From NCBI GenBank assembly GCA_902776605.1, contig CACYQQ010000005.1, forward strand, positions 1 to 37,845: a stretch of DNA of 37,845 nucleotides. Direction: 5' to 3'. The notes under the pieces were generated by a model that worked only from the letters and a program-made list of their open reading frames with translations, had not been told where the DNA came from and searched no databases. Below are positions 19,025 through 27,951 of this stretch, piece after piece. Within the stretch, counting starts at the first letter, position 1. Each line of letters starts with the position of its first letter. The position numbers and the translations under genes are program-made. The DNA is from an uncultured Bacteroidales bacterium. Its GTDB lineage: Bacteria > Bacteroidota > Bacteroidia > Bacteroidales > UBA3663.

Positions 19025-20252
19025 TTTCCAATATCTCCCTCGCCTTGACCCTCGCCTCCGCATCGATGGCGAAATAGTCATCCAAAGTAGGTTTAGCCAC
19101 GAAAGGCATCGCCTGCATGGTCTTCTCATTGACCTCGGCCATCTGGAGGAACTTACACTGCCCCTTGCGGAAAGCCTCGTTGGTCACCTCGTTGGCGGCA
19201 TTGAGCACACAGGTACGGTCGCCCCCTTTGTCCAATGCCTCGAAGGCCAGACGCAGATTTGGGAAACGCTCCAAGTCGGGACGTTCGAAAGTGAGGTGAG
19301 CATAGTCCTCCATCTTCAACTTTCCGTTGATGTGCGAAGGCATGCGGTCGGGATAACTGAGGGCATAGGCGATAGGCACCTTCATGTCGGGACAACCCAA
19401 CTGCGCCTTGATAGCACCGTCCGCGAACTGCACCATACTGTGCACAATGCTCTGAGGATGAACAGCTACCTCAATCTGGTCAGGCGTCATACCAAAGAGC
19501 CAACGCGCCTCGATGACCTCAAAACCTTTGTTCATCATGGAGGCCGAGTCGATCGTAATCTTGGCACCCATGTCCCAGTTCGGATGTTTCAATGCCTGGG
19601 CAGCCGTCACGTCACGCATCTGCTCCATCGTGAAGGTGCGGAAAGGACCACCCGACGCAGTGATGATGAGTTTGTCAATCGGATTGTCCAAATAAGAGAC
19701 GGGGGCATCGTCACCCTCTTTCGCGGTCTTGGGTTTCGCCAACCAAGGGAAGCAACCCTTCGCCACCGACTCACCCTGCAAACACTGGAAGATGGCCGAA
19801 TGTTCACTATCAACAGGGAGGATAGGCACTTGATACTCAGCACAAAGGTCTTCAATCAACTGACCGGCCACGACGAGCGTCTCCTTGTTGGCCAATGCGA
19901 GAGCCTTCTGCGCCTTGATGGCTGCTACCGTAGGACGCAAACCGGCGAAACCGACCATGGCTGTCACCACCACATCAATAGGACCTGCCGTCACGACTTG
20001 GCACAACGAGTCGGCACCCGTCCACACCTTGATAGGCAGGTCACTCAATGCCTCTTTGACTTTGTCGTAATAAGCCTCATCGACGATGACGACCACCTCG
20101 GGTTTGAATTTCCGTGCCTGCTCAATCAGCAAATCGGCACTGCGATGGGCCGTGATGGCATATACTTCAAACAAGTCAGGGTGTTCCTCGACCACCTCCA
20201 AAGTCTGGCGACCGATACTACCTGTACTTCCTAATATTGCGATTGTTCTCAT
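19011..20252 (-). CDS. dxr: 1-deoxy-D-xylulose-5-phosphate reductoisomerase
   Basis: ILGSTGSIG, LANKETLV, LPVDSEHSAIFQ, TASGGPF, HPNWDMGAKITIDSA, NAANE. Confidence 0.98.
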   Translation of the reverse strand: MRTIAILGSTGSIGRQTLEVVEEHPDLFEVYAITAHRSADLLIEQARKFKPEVVVIVDEAYYDKVKEALSDLPIKVWTGADSLCQVVTAGPIDVVVTAMVGFAGLRPTVAAIKAQKALALANKETLVVAGQLIEDLCAEYQVPILPVDSEHSAIFQCLQGESVAKGCFPWLAKPKTAKEGDDAPVSYLDNPIDKLIITASGGPFRTFTMEQMRDVTAAQALKHPNWDMGAKITIDSASMMNKGFEVIEARWLFGMTPDQIEVAVHPQSIVHSMVQFADGAIKAQLGCPDMKVPIAYALSYPDRMPSHINGKLKMEDYAHLTFERPDLERFPNLRLAFEALDKGGDRTCVLNAANEVTNEAFRKGQCKFLQMAEVNEKTMQAMPFVAKPTLDDYFAIDAEARVKAREILERDPS

Positions 20253-21106
20253 TCTCTGCTTTTCTTTTTCTGTTTTTCTACTTTACCCGATGCCGGCTTG
20301 GCAGTTTCCTGAGGCGTAAGCGTCAGAGGCATCACCGTCTCGGGTTCCAACATCTTGCCCTTGTGCCAAAGCATAAGGCCAACCCAACTGTCGGCTTGAT
20401 TCTGAGGGTCACCGGCATGACCCAATACCTGCCCCGACTTGACCTCTGCCCCCACTTCGACCATCACCGACGAGAGGTGATTGAAGATAGACACATAGTC
20501 CTGAGGATGTTGCACGGTCACCTGATAGCCCGAACCCATCAAATAGACCACCGATATGACATTACCCTCCGTGGGGTTGAGCACAGGCACGCGATTGTTC
20601 AGTTCGATGCGTGTCTCCGGGTCGGACTCATCTTCCTGAAAGATGATGCGGCCACGCACGGGCGCCATGAAGATGATGGTCGGGGTCTGCGGATTCAGTT
20701 CGTCCAACGCATTGAGACCGAAGCGCTCCCGTTTCTCGTACTTATCGACGAAAGCCAATTCACGTTCCGAGGCAGCGAGCAGCGTGTCCTGAATGATGGG
20801 GACCGACGAGTCGTATGGCAGCAGTGCCTCGACCGCCTCGGCCTTGACACGGTCACGCAGGATATCCATCATGTTGTTCAGATAAGCCATTCGCAACGTA
20901 GTCTCCTGTTCCAGACTGTCAATACGCATGGCACTCTGCATCACCACGGCTCGTTTCTCCACGTCCAGATAACCAGGCAGAAAGACGTTCAGTCGCGTGC
21001 CCACTATCAAGACGAAGATACCCGTGGCAAGAAGCATACCCTGCAAGAAATACAGCGTACGCCTTTTCCAGATGAAATCTATGAATTCTTTTAGTTTCGG
21101 GTGCAT
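20249..21106 (-). CDS. M23/LytM-domain membrane protein, apparently lacking Zn ligands
   Basis: TM helix, coiled coil, M23 fold (GY.VTVQH, NHLS, G..VKSGQVLG); position upstream of dxr. Confidence 0.8.
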   Translation of the reverse strand: MHPKLKEFIDFIWKRRTLYFLQGMLLATGIFVLIVGTRLNVFLPGYLDVEKRAVVMQSAMRIDSLEQETTLRMAYLNNMMDILRDRVKAEAVEALLPYDSSVPIIQDTLLAASERELAFVDKYEKRERFGLNALDELNPQTPTIIFMAPVRGRIIFQEDESDPETRIELNNRVPVLNPTEGNVISVVYLMGSGYQVTVQHPQDYVSIFNHLSSVMVEVGAEVKSGQVLGHAGDPQNQADSWVGLMLWHKGKMLEPETVMPLTLTPQETAKPASGKVEKQKKKSRE

Positions 21107-21230
21107 AGTCAATAACTGGTACAAGCATAGCTTGACCATAAAAAATCTCTGCAAAAATACATTTTTTTTTCGACATATTCGACAATTGGCAGGATTTTAT
21201 ATGCTTTCGGTAGAGTATTTTTAAGGTTCG

Positions 21231-21262
21231 TTTGCAAAATAGGGTATATTTCTCTATCTTTG
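21231..21262 (+). promoter_or_regulatory. Promoter TTTG-N20-TATCTTTG for ispD; a divergent TATTTTTG box on the - strand at 21152-21159 serves M23-dxr-rseP
   Basis: Canonical Bacteroidetes -33/-7 boxes. Confidence 0.75.
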
Positions 21263-21354
21263 CGACCAATAAGTAGTTGTTCAAAATTAATTTTATTATA
21301 GTTTACTAATTATGACCAACTACTTAAAAGACCATTTAGACCACATCTTTTATA

Positions 21355-22062
21355 ATGAACATCGCAGTTCTCTTGGCCGGCGGAACCGGCAAGCGCATGG
21401 GCGGCAACTTACCCAAACAGTTCATCGAAGTGGCAGGACGCACCATTCTGGAACACAGCATCCGCGCTTTCAGTCAACATCCTGACATTGACGAGATTGT
21501 CATCGTCAGCCATGCCGACTATGTCGAGTTGGTGGAGTCCATTGCCCGCCCCTACTCCAAAGTGAAACATGTCGTGACGGGAGGCAAGGAGCGTTACGAT
21601 TCGACCCTTTCTGCCCTTCGTCTCTACCAACAGGAACAGACCTTGCACCCCACTTCGGACATCCGCGTGCTCATTCACGACTGTGTGCGATGCCTTGTCT
21701 CCCAACGCATTATCTCGGATTGCATCGAGGCCATGAACCGCTACAAGGCGGTCGATGTCGCCATCCCATGCACCGACACCATCTGCGAAGTCAATGCCGA
21801 GGGTCACATCGTTCGCATTCCACCTCGCGCCTCGCTTCGCAATGTCCAGACTCCACAGGCATTCCACTTGGACACCATCGCCGAGGCCTATCGCATTGGC
21901 CTACAGGACCCTGCCTTCGTCACTACCGACGACTGCGGTGTGGTTCACCACTATCTGCCCGAGGTGGACATCTACGTCGTGGAGGGTGAATCGACCAACA
22001 TCAAGATCACCTATCCTGCCGACTTGGTATTGGCCGAGAAGATACTGAAAGACAAAAAGTAA
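21355..22062 (+). CDS. ispD: IspD/TarI family cytidylyltransferase
   Basis: LAGG.G.RM...PKQF, GG.ER..S, IHDCVR, QTPQ.F, TDD, NIKITYP.DL. Confidence 0.85.
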   Translation: MNIAVLLAGGTGKRMGGNLPKQFIEVAGRTILEHSIRAFSQHPDIDEIVIVSHADYVELVESIARPYSKVKHVVTGGKERYDSTLSALRLYQQEQTLHPTSDIRVLIHDCVRCLVSQRIISDCIEAMNRYKAVDVAIPCTDTICEVNAEGHIVRIPPRASLRNVQTPQAFHLDTIAEAYRIGLQDPAFVTTDDCGVVHHYLPEVDIYVVEGESTNIKITYPADLVLAEKILKDKK

Positions 22063-22089
22063 GCCCTTTTGCAAAAAAACAACGATAAA

Positions 22090-22121
22090 TTTGGTGGATA
22101 CAGCAAATTGCTCTATCTTTG
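22090..22121 (+). promoter_or_regulatory. Promoter TTTG-N20-TATCTTTG
   Basis: Canonical boxes 45 bp upstream of the ATG at 22167. Confidence 0.75.
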
Positions 22122-22166
22122 CACCCAAATTGGCAAGTCATTTCCTATAAAACCAAAAATACGACT

Positions 22167-22913
22167 ATGAAAAAGATTTTTGCGACAAGCCTCGTCACGG
22201 TCGCTTGTATGCTCTTCCAGACGACTAACGCTCAGAGCGTTCTCTCTAACCTTCTCTCGAATGTAGCCAACGCTGCGGCTCAAAGTACCACCCAGCAGAA
22301 CAACAACGGCGGCAAGGGTTCCTCTTCTTCCACCACCTCCAACGTCCTGGGCGCCGTGCTCAATACGGCTGTCTCCACCGCCACCGAAAAGACCTCCGAG
22401 GACACGGGCAACCTCATTGCCAACCTCATTGCCTCGGTCACTGGCGATGTCACAACCACTTCGGCAAGTGTAGTCGGCACATGGAGCTACGATTCGCCAA
22501 GCGTACAGTTCGAGAGTCAGAACTACCTCACGCAGGCTGGCGGCGCTGCCATTGCCGAGAAGTTAGAGGCCAAACTCGCCTCGCTTTATAAGTTGGTAGG
22601 CATCCGCGCCGGCAAGATGACTTTCACCTTCGAGTCGAACGGCAACATGACCTACGGCGTTGGCAGTGTGAAGCGCGCTGGCACTTACACCTTCGACAAT
22701 GCCACCAAGACCTTGACCCTCACCACCTCGGTAGGCACTTCGTTCCGCTGCTACGTCACCGTTTCGGGGAACACCATGTACCTCACTTTCGATGGCGATA
22801 AGTTTCTCACCTTCGTCAAGACCATGGGCAGCAAGTTCAGCACGCTGAGCACCGTCGTTGCCTTGGTCAACAACTACGAGGGCATGAAAGTGGGCTTCAA
22901 GTTTGTAAAATAA
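22167..22913 (+). CDS. DUF4923-family secreted lipocalin-like protein
   Basis: Signal peptide, low-complexity N-terminus, VGTWSY..P...FES.N.L..AGG, GTYTFD, GMKVGFKF. Confidence 0.8.
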   Translation: MKKIFATSLVTVACMLFQTTNAQSVLSNLLSNVANAAAQSTTQQNNNGGKGSSSSTTSNVLGAVLNTAVSTATEKTSEDTGNLIANLIASVTGDVTTTSASVVGTWSYDSPSVQFESQNYLTQAGGAAIAEKLEAKLASLYKLVGIRAGKMTFTFESNGNMTYGVGSVKRAGTYTFDNATKTLTLTTSVGTSFRCYVTVSGNTMYLTFDGDKFLTFVKTMGSKFSTLSTVVALVNNYEGMKVGFKFVK

Positions 22914-22955
22914 GAGAAGGAAGATAAAGAAGTATAATAAAAGAGTTAATTTCAT

Positions 22956-23018
22956 GGTCCTCGCAGCGAATAGAACGATTGATAATCGTTCAGCGAGAAG
23001 ACGAAGCTTTAGCTGAGG
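22956..23018. repeat. GTCCTCGCA...GCGAGAAGAC module (copy 2)
   Basis: ggtcctcgcagcgaatagaacgattgataatcgttcagcgagaagacgaagctttagctgagg. Confidence 0.8.
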
Positions 23019-23106
23019 GAAACAGACGATTGTTTTAGGCTATCGACACTCTTTCCTTTTCGCAAGAGAAACGTAATTTGTAATCAGTAATTTGTAATTG
23101 ATTCAA

Positions 23107-23700
23107 TCGTCCGTTAACTCCCTAAGCGAAGCGATAACTTCCATTTACTCCCGTTAACTCCCATCATTTGAGCAAGTTGCAATTCTTGCTCAAATGCAAC
23201 TACCGCAAGAAGTATTTAGCATTCCATATACAACCAGCAACCTCCGGGGCTTCGATTTTCGACCTCGGAGGTTGTTGCTTTTTGTCTGACGGAAAGAAGA
23301 AAACAGAGGGGGTGGTAACACCACGAAAAGGGGTACCGCCTCGTGAGACGATACCACCCCAAAACACGTTACTGAGCAACGGATAGCATTACTGATGACG
23401 GTAAATAGTTCTTTGGAGAAAAACTCAGTAACGAGAGAAACATTCATAAATGAGACACTCTTGTATTGCAAAGCAACAAGAGGTAATTCTTGTAGTTAAC
23501 TGGAGGCTAATCATTGCTAAAGGGCTCTTCGAGCCGCTAAAAGTGCTTCGCACGCTAATAGTCTTCGGCACTAAGGAGCTCGAAAAGTTCGGTTTTTCAA
23601 TTTTCACTTTTCAATTTTAATTTTTCATTTTCCATTTCATTCGTCCGTTAACTCCCTGAGCGAAGCGATAACTCCTATTAACTACCATTAACTCCCTAAG
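23107..23700. repeat. Direct repeats (23107-23139 and 23641-23673, 32/33 identical) with decamer tails, bracketing a structured spacer
   Basis: tcgtccgttaactccct(a/g)agcgaagcgataact followed by ccgttaactc-like units. Confidence 0.85.
23235..23284. terminator. Strong hairpin, probable terminator
   Basis: cagcaacctccg ... cggaggttgttg followed by ctttttg. Confidence 0.65.
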
Positions 23701-23731
23701 TAGCAAAACTGCTTCCTAAGTGATTGTCAAA

Positions 23732-23987
23732 AAGAGACTTAAAAGACTCTGCCGGTTCATTCCAAGTGCCAATTCCCAACTACAGGCTAATACGCTTCTA
23801 ATACAGTTTACTTGGAACTCGCCGAGAGATAACGCAAGATACAAAAAGTGAAAACACCTCTGTGAAACAATGATCGGGAACGTCGCCGCCGCAACAGTTT
23901 TCTGCTCGACGCTTTGACTACATAGACGTAATCCCGAGACGAATAGATATTCTAAAAACAATTGAAACAGAGTCGATTAAGTCTCTT
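23732..23987 (-). ncRNA. Candidate multi-stem RNA or MITE closed by 20-bp inverted repeats
   Basis: aagagacttaaaagactctg / cagagtcgattaagtctctt (18/20 complementary) with internal stems. Confidence 0.45.
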
Positions 23988-23994
23988 ACTATAA

Positions 23995-25038
23995 TCAATT
24001 AGCCATCTTAAGTTCACGGATGTGCTGGAAGTCCTTCCAATGGGGCGCCTCGCGATACGCCGTGAGAGAACCGACAGGAACGAGAACGACAGCTTTCTGA
24101 TAACAACTGAAAGATTCTTTGAGCAAACGTGGCGGACGGGCAGATCGTGCCACAATGGTCTCCAGACTGTCACAACCTTGGAAAGCCCAACGGCCCACCG
24201 TCAGACAGGAACTGGACAGTACCACCGACTTCATGTTCTTACAGCCCTTAAAGGCATAGTCAGCAATATAGACAACGCTGTCGGAGAGTCGCAACTCTCG
24301 CAGGTTCTTGCAATCCTTCATCAGCCACGGTTCTACATGACGTACGCCAAACGGAATAGGCATCGTCAACAGACTGGAGCAACCGGAGAATGCCTCGGCT
24401 CCAATCTCCTTGACCGTGATAGGCAGATGGACATCCTGCAACGAAGCGCAACCGGCAAAGGCTCGTTCGCCCACAACGACCAGACTGTCCGGGATATCGA
24501 ACTGCGCCAACTTCTGGCAACCTGCAAACGCCTCATTATCAATCACGGTGACCGTGTTAGGCAGATTGAGTTTCGCCAGACTCTTGCAGTTGTAGAACAG
24601 ACGGTACTTCACCTCACGAAGGTCGGCCGGCACATCGACCGAAGTCAACTGCTCGCAACCGGCAAAGGCCCGCTCGCCCACACTATGCACTGTAGAGGGA
24701 ATAGAAACAGAGCGCAGACCCACGCAACCGCTGAATGCGCCAGCAGCAATCTCGGTGACGTCAAAATGCTCTCCTTCGTAAGAGACAAGGTTAGGAATGG
24801 TCACGTTGCCCATGATACCATTCGGGTTAGAGACCACTTCGCAAGTAGTACGACCCGTCACTTTGAAGAACATGACAGAACCGTCCTGCAACAGAGCCAT
24901 GAAGTCTGCACGTGAGTTCAGACTCTTTACTCCATGAGGGATACTCTCCTCCAACTCATCTCGCACGCAAGATGTTTGGATTGACAGGCTACTAAACAAT
25001 AAGCCATATAGTATTAGTAATTTCCAAAAACTTCTCAT
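23995..25038 (-). CDS. BspA-type leucine-rich-repeat (LRR_5) lipoprotein
   Basis: Signal peptide with QTSC lipobox; repeated I...AF.GC..L..V.IP..V units. Confidence 0.92.
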   Translation of the reverse strand: MRSFWKLLILYGLLFSSLSIQTSCVRDELEESIPHGVKSLNSRADFMALLQDGSVMFFKVTGRTTCEVVSNPNGIMGNVTIPNLVSYEGEHFDVTEIAAGAFSGCVGLRSVSIPSTVHSVGERAFAGCEQLTSVDVPADLREVKYRLFYNCKSLAKLNLPNTVTVIDNEAFAGCQKLAQFDIPDSLVVVGERAFAGCASLQDVHLPITVKEIGAEAFSGCSSLLTMPIPFGVRHVEPWLMKDCKNLRELRLSDSVVYIADYAFKGCKNMKSVVLSSSCLTVGRWAFQGCDSLETIVARSARPPRLLKESFSCYQKAVVLVPVGSLTAYREAPHWKDFQHIRELKMAN

Positions 25039-25186
25039 GGCATCATCAGTTTAAATTAAAAATTCTCCTTCAACTATCCTGCCACAAAGGTAGGACAAAA
25101 TTCAGAATATTCGCCATTTCCCTCCAAAATAAAGGCAAAAATAGAATATTTTTCTATATTTGCCACCCTAACATAACAAAAACAAA

Positions 25187-25223
25187 AAAATTGACTGCCA
25201 ATTTGCTCATTAGCAGTCAATTC
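25187..25223 (-). terminator. Intrinsic terminator downstream of tRNA-Pro
   Basis: aattgactgc ... gcagtcaatt hairpin with an A-run on the + strand. Confidence 0.7.
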
Positions 25224-25243
25224 TTCTGACAAATATATATTTG

Positions 25244-25316
25244 TCGGGGTGACCCGACTCGAACGGGCGGCCTCTACGTCCCGAACGTAGCGCGCTACCA
25301 ACTGCGCCACACCCCG
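25244..25316 (-). tRNA. tRNA-Pro (anticodon CGG)
   Basis: CGGGGTG acceptor stem, TGGCGCAGTTGGTAGCGC D-arm, CTACG-TTCGGGA-CGTAG anticodon arm, GTTCGAGTC T-loop. Confidence 0.97.
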
Positions 25317-25333
25317 TGCTTATACTATAAGCA

Positions 25334-25449
25334 AGTTATTAGGTAATAGTTATTAGTTATTAACCTTGCGGTCAAGGAGTTTTAAATAGGGATTAACTAT
25401 TAATTCACCAGTGGGGAAAAATAACTAATAACTCCTAACTGATAACTTA
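25334..25449. repeat. Inverted heptamer arrays (TAGTTAT ... ATAACTA)
   Basis: agttattaggtaatagttattagttatt ... ataactaataactcctaactgataact. Confidence 0.75.
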
Positions 25450-25456
25450 AAAATCT

Positions 25457-25499
25457 CATTCTTGCCACCGCCACCAATGCGGTGGCAAGAATGAATTTT
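25457..25499 (-). terminator. Hairpin after tsf
   Basis: cattcttgccaccgc-caccaat-gcggtggcaagaatg. Confidence 0.8.
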
Positions 25500-25502
25500 A
25501 TA

Positions 25503-26489
25503 TTAGTCCTGATTCAAGTTGATACGCTTGAAAGCGGTAACAGTCAGACCCTTCTGTACAGAGTCCATGTACTGCTGAACGTTCAACTTAGCGTCGTTGA
25601 TGAACTCCTGCTCAACCAAGCAGTTCTCCTTGAAGAACTTGTTCAGACGACCCTTAGCGATGTTCTGAATCATTGCCTCAGGGAGGTTTGCAGCCTTCTG
25701 CTCAGCAGCTTCCTTCATGATCTTGCGACCCTGCTCTGCCTGCTCAGCGGTGATCCAACCCTTAGACATGTTGCTCTCGATGTGATCCTCGCTGTCGAAG
25801 TGGTTAGGATTGAGACCAGCCTTCTTGAGAGCTGCCTCAACAGCCTTCTGAATCTGCTCCTCCTTGGTCTTGATGATAGCGATGTTGAGCTCCTCATCCT
25901 TCTTCTCCTGTGGGATCTCGTCAGCGTTAACGGCAACAGGGTTCATAGCGACAACCTGGCAAGCAACAGCCTTGAGAGCCTCCTCGTCGGCATTCTGGTT
26001 GAATGCTACAACCGAAGAGAGCATGTGGTTGAAGTGGTTGTAGGCAACAACGCCCTCGCCCTTAACGAAGTCGTAAACGACCTCCATCTTCTCACCACAA
26101 GCACCTGAACGCTCGGTGATGACGTCGCCAACCGTGCTACCCTCCAAAGGCAGGGCGAGCAAAGCAGCCTGGTCGGCTGGCTTGTTGGCCATGATGAGAT
26201 CCATGATAGCCTTAGCCAAATCCTGGAAACGGTCGTTGTTGGCAACCGACTCGGTCTCACACTTCAAAGCCATGATGGCACCGAAGTTACCCTCGGTACG
26301 TGCAATGACAACGCCCTGTGCGGCATCACGAGCCTCACGCTTAGCGGCGATTTTGGTGAACTTCTCGCGAATCCACTTTACAGCGGCATCGAAATCGCCG
26401 TTAGACTCCTCGAGAGCCTTCTTGCAATCGCCCATACCAGCCTGGGTCATTTCGCGAAGTTTCTTGATATCTGCAATTGAAACTGCCAT
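25503..26489 (-). CDS. tsf: Translation elongation factor Ts (long Bacteroidetes form)
   Basis: IKKLREMT.AGM.DCKKAL, LKCET..VA, AMNP, IAKGRLNKFFKE..L..Q.F. Confidence 0.98.
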   Translation of the reverse strand: MAVSIADIKKLREMTQAGMGDCKKALEESNGDFDAAVKWIREKFTKIAAKREARDAAQGVVIARTEGNFGAIMALKCETESVANNDRFQDLAKAIMDLIMANKPADQAALLALPLEGSTVGDVITERSGACGEKMEVVYDFVKGEGVVAYNHFNHMLSSVVAFNQNADEEALKAVACQVVAMNPVAVNADEIPQEKKDEELNIAIIKTKEEQIQKAVEAALKKAGLNPNHFDSEDHIESNMSKGWITAEQAEQGRKIMKEAAEQKAANLPEAMIQNIAKGRLNKFFKENCLVEQEFINDAKLNVQQYMDSVQKGLTVTAFKRINLNQD

Positions 26490-26547
26490 AATAGTATTCG
26501 ATATAAGAGAGACATGACTGCAAAGCCAGTCTCATAGGTAGAACATT

Positions 26548-26583
26548 AATGGGGGACTCTGTTTCGAGTCCCCTATTGTTTGA
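26548..26583 (-). terminator. Hairpin after rpsB
   Basis: aatgggggactc-tgtttc-gagtcccctatt. Confidence 0.6.
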
Positions 26584-26584
26584 T

Positions 26585-27406
26585 TTACTCTGCCTCGGCA
26601 GCAGCTACCTCCTCTGCAGGAGCAGCGGCCTCCTCCTCAGCTGGAGCTGCAGCAGCCTTCTTAGACTTGCGTGGAGCCTTGCCAGAAGCCTCGGCAGCAT
26701 CGCTGTCGGCCTTCTCGACCTTGCGCTCCTCAAGACCCTCGGCAATAGCCTGGCATACAGCGCCCATGACTACGTCAATAGACTTGGTAGCATCGTCGTT
26801 AGCTGGGATGATGAAGTCGATGTCGCGTGGGTTAGAGTTGGTATCCACCATACCGAATACAGGAATGCCCAGACGGACAGCCTCTGCAACGGCAATGTGC
26901 TCCTTCATTACGTCAACAACGAAGAGAGCAGATGGCAGACGGTTCAAGTCGGCGATAGAACCGAGGTTCTTCTCCAACTTCTCACGCTGGCGGCTGATCT
27001 GCAGACGCTCGCGCTTAGAGAGGTTGTTGAATGTACCGTCCTTGGTGAGTTTGTCGATGTTAGCCATCTTCTTCACAGCCTTGCGGATAGTGGTGAAGTT
27101 GGTGAGCATACCACCTGGCCAACGCTCGATAACGTATGGCATGCCAATGGCCTGAGCCTTCTCGGCTACGACCTCCTTGGCTTGCTTCTTAGTAGCGACG
27201 AAGAGAACCTTCTTGCCGCTCTTGGCGATAGCCTTGAGCTGCTCAGCTGCCTCGTCGATTTTAGCAACTGTCTTATTCAGGTCAATGATATGGATGCCGT
27301 TACGCTCCATGAAGATATATGGAGCCATTGCTGGGTTCCACTTGCTCTTGAGGTGTCCGAAGTGAACGCCGGCCTCCAAAAGTTGGTCAAAATTTGTACG
27401 TGACAT
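26585..27406 (-). CDS. rpsB: 30S ribosomal protein S2
   Basis: LLEAGVHFGH, WNP.M.PYIF, RWPGGMLTN, DTNS.P, IPANDD; start at MSRTNF. Confidence 0.99.
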   Translation of the reverse strand: MSRTNFDQLLEAGVHFGHLKSKWNPAMAPYIFMERNGIHIIDLNKTVAKIDEAAEQLKAIAKSGKKVLFVATKKQAKEVVAEKAQAIGMPYVIERWPGGMLTNFTTIRKAVKKMANIDKLTKDGTFNNLSKRERLQISRQREKLEKNLGSIADLNRLPSALFVVDVMKEHIAVAEAVRLGIPVFGMVDTNSNPRDIDFIIPANDDATKSIDVVMGAVCQAIAEGLEERKVEKADSDAAEASGKAPRKSKKAAAAPAEEEAAAPAEEVAAAEAE

Positions 27407-27552
27407 AATTGTCAATTGTTTTTTTGTTTACATTCTTGTTATGCAACCCGCAGGTAGTCTGGTCGTCGGTCTGTGCCGAAGGCAAGGGTCCTGACGGATT
27501 TAGATACTAAACGCGTAAATATCTCAGCACGCTTCACGCGGCTGGTAGGATA
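27407..27552 (-). promoter_or_regulatory. Candidate rpsB leader (ribosomal-protein autoregulation)
   Basis: Structured rpsI-rpsB spacer (tttagtatctaaat, tgcc-ttc-ggca hairpin, gactacc...ggttgc); S2 leaders are known in many phyla. Confidence 0.4.
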
Positions 27553-27942
27553 TTAACGCTTGCTGAACTGGAAGCGACGACGAGCCTTTGGCTGACCTGG
27601 CTTCTTACGTTCAACGATACGTGCATCGCGGGTGAGGAAGCCAGCCTTGCGAAGAGCAGACTTGTTCTCCTCATTGATCTTAACGAGCGCACGTGCGATA
27701 GCGAGGCGGAGTGCCTCGGCCTGGCCCTTATAGCCACCACCCTGAAGGTTTACCTTGATGTCATACTGCTCAGCAACACCTACTTCGTTGAGAGGCTGCT
27801 TAACGATGAACTGAAGGATAGACGATGGGAAGTAGGCCTGGAGTTCCTTCTTGTTGATGGTGATGTTACCAGCACCTGCAGCAACATAAACGCGGGCAAC
27901 GGCGGCCTTACGACGGCCAATTGCATTGATTACTTCTGCCAT
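27553..27942 (-). CDS. rpsI: 30S ribosomal protein S9
   Basis: GRRKAAVARV, GGG..GQAEA.R..IARAL, ERKKPG..KARRRFQFSKR. Confidence 0.99.
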   Translation of the reverse strand: MAEVINAIGRRKAAVARVYVAAGAGNITINKKELQAYFPSSILQFIVKQPLNEVGVAEQYDIKVNLQGGGYKGQAEALRLAIARALVKINEENKSALRKAGFLTRDARIVERKKPGQPKARRRFQFSKR

Positions 27943-27951
27943 ACCTGTCTA

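Noticed and set aside
23392-23440. CTGATGA…GAAA suggesting a hammerhead ribozyme
   Set aside because: No stem II can form between CTGATGA and either downstream GAAA
23732-23987. Retron msr-msd (terminal inverted repeats)
   Set aside because: No reverse transcriptase in the window
25244-25316. tRNA-Pro as an integration site for the LRR region
   Set aside because: No duplicated tRNA 3' end or integrase seen
25680-25870. Extra segment in EF-Ts
   Set aside because: Normal for Bacteroidetes EF-Ts of about 330 aa
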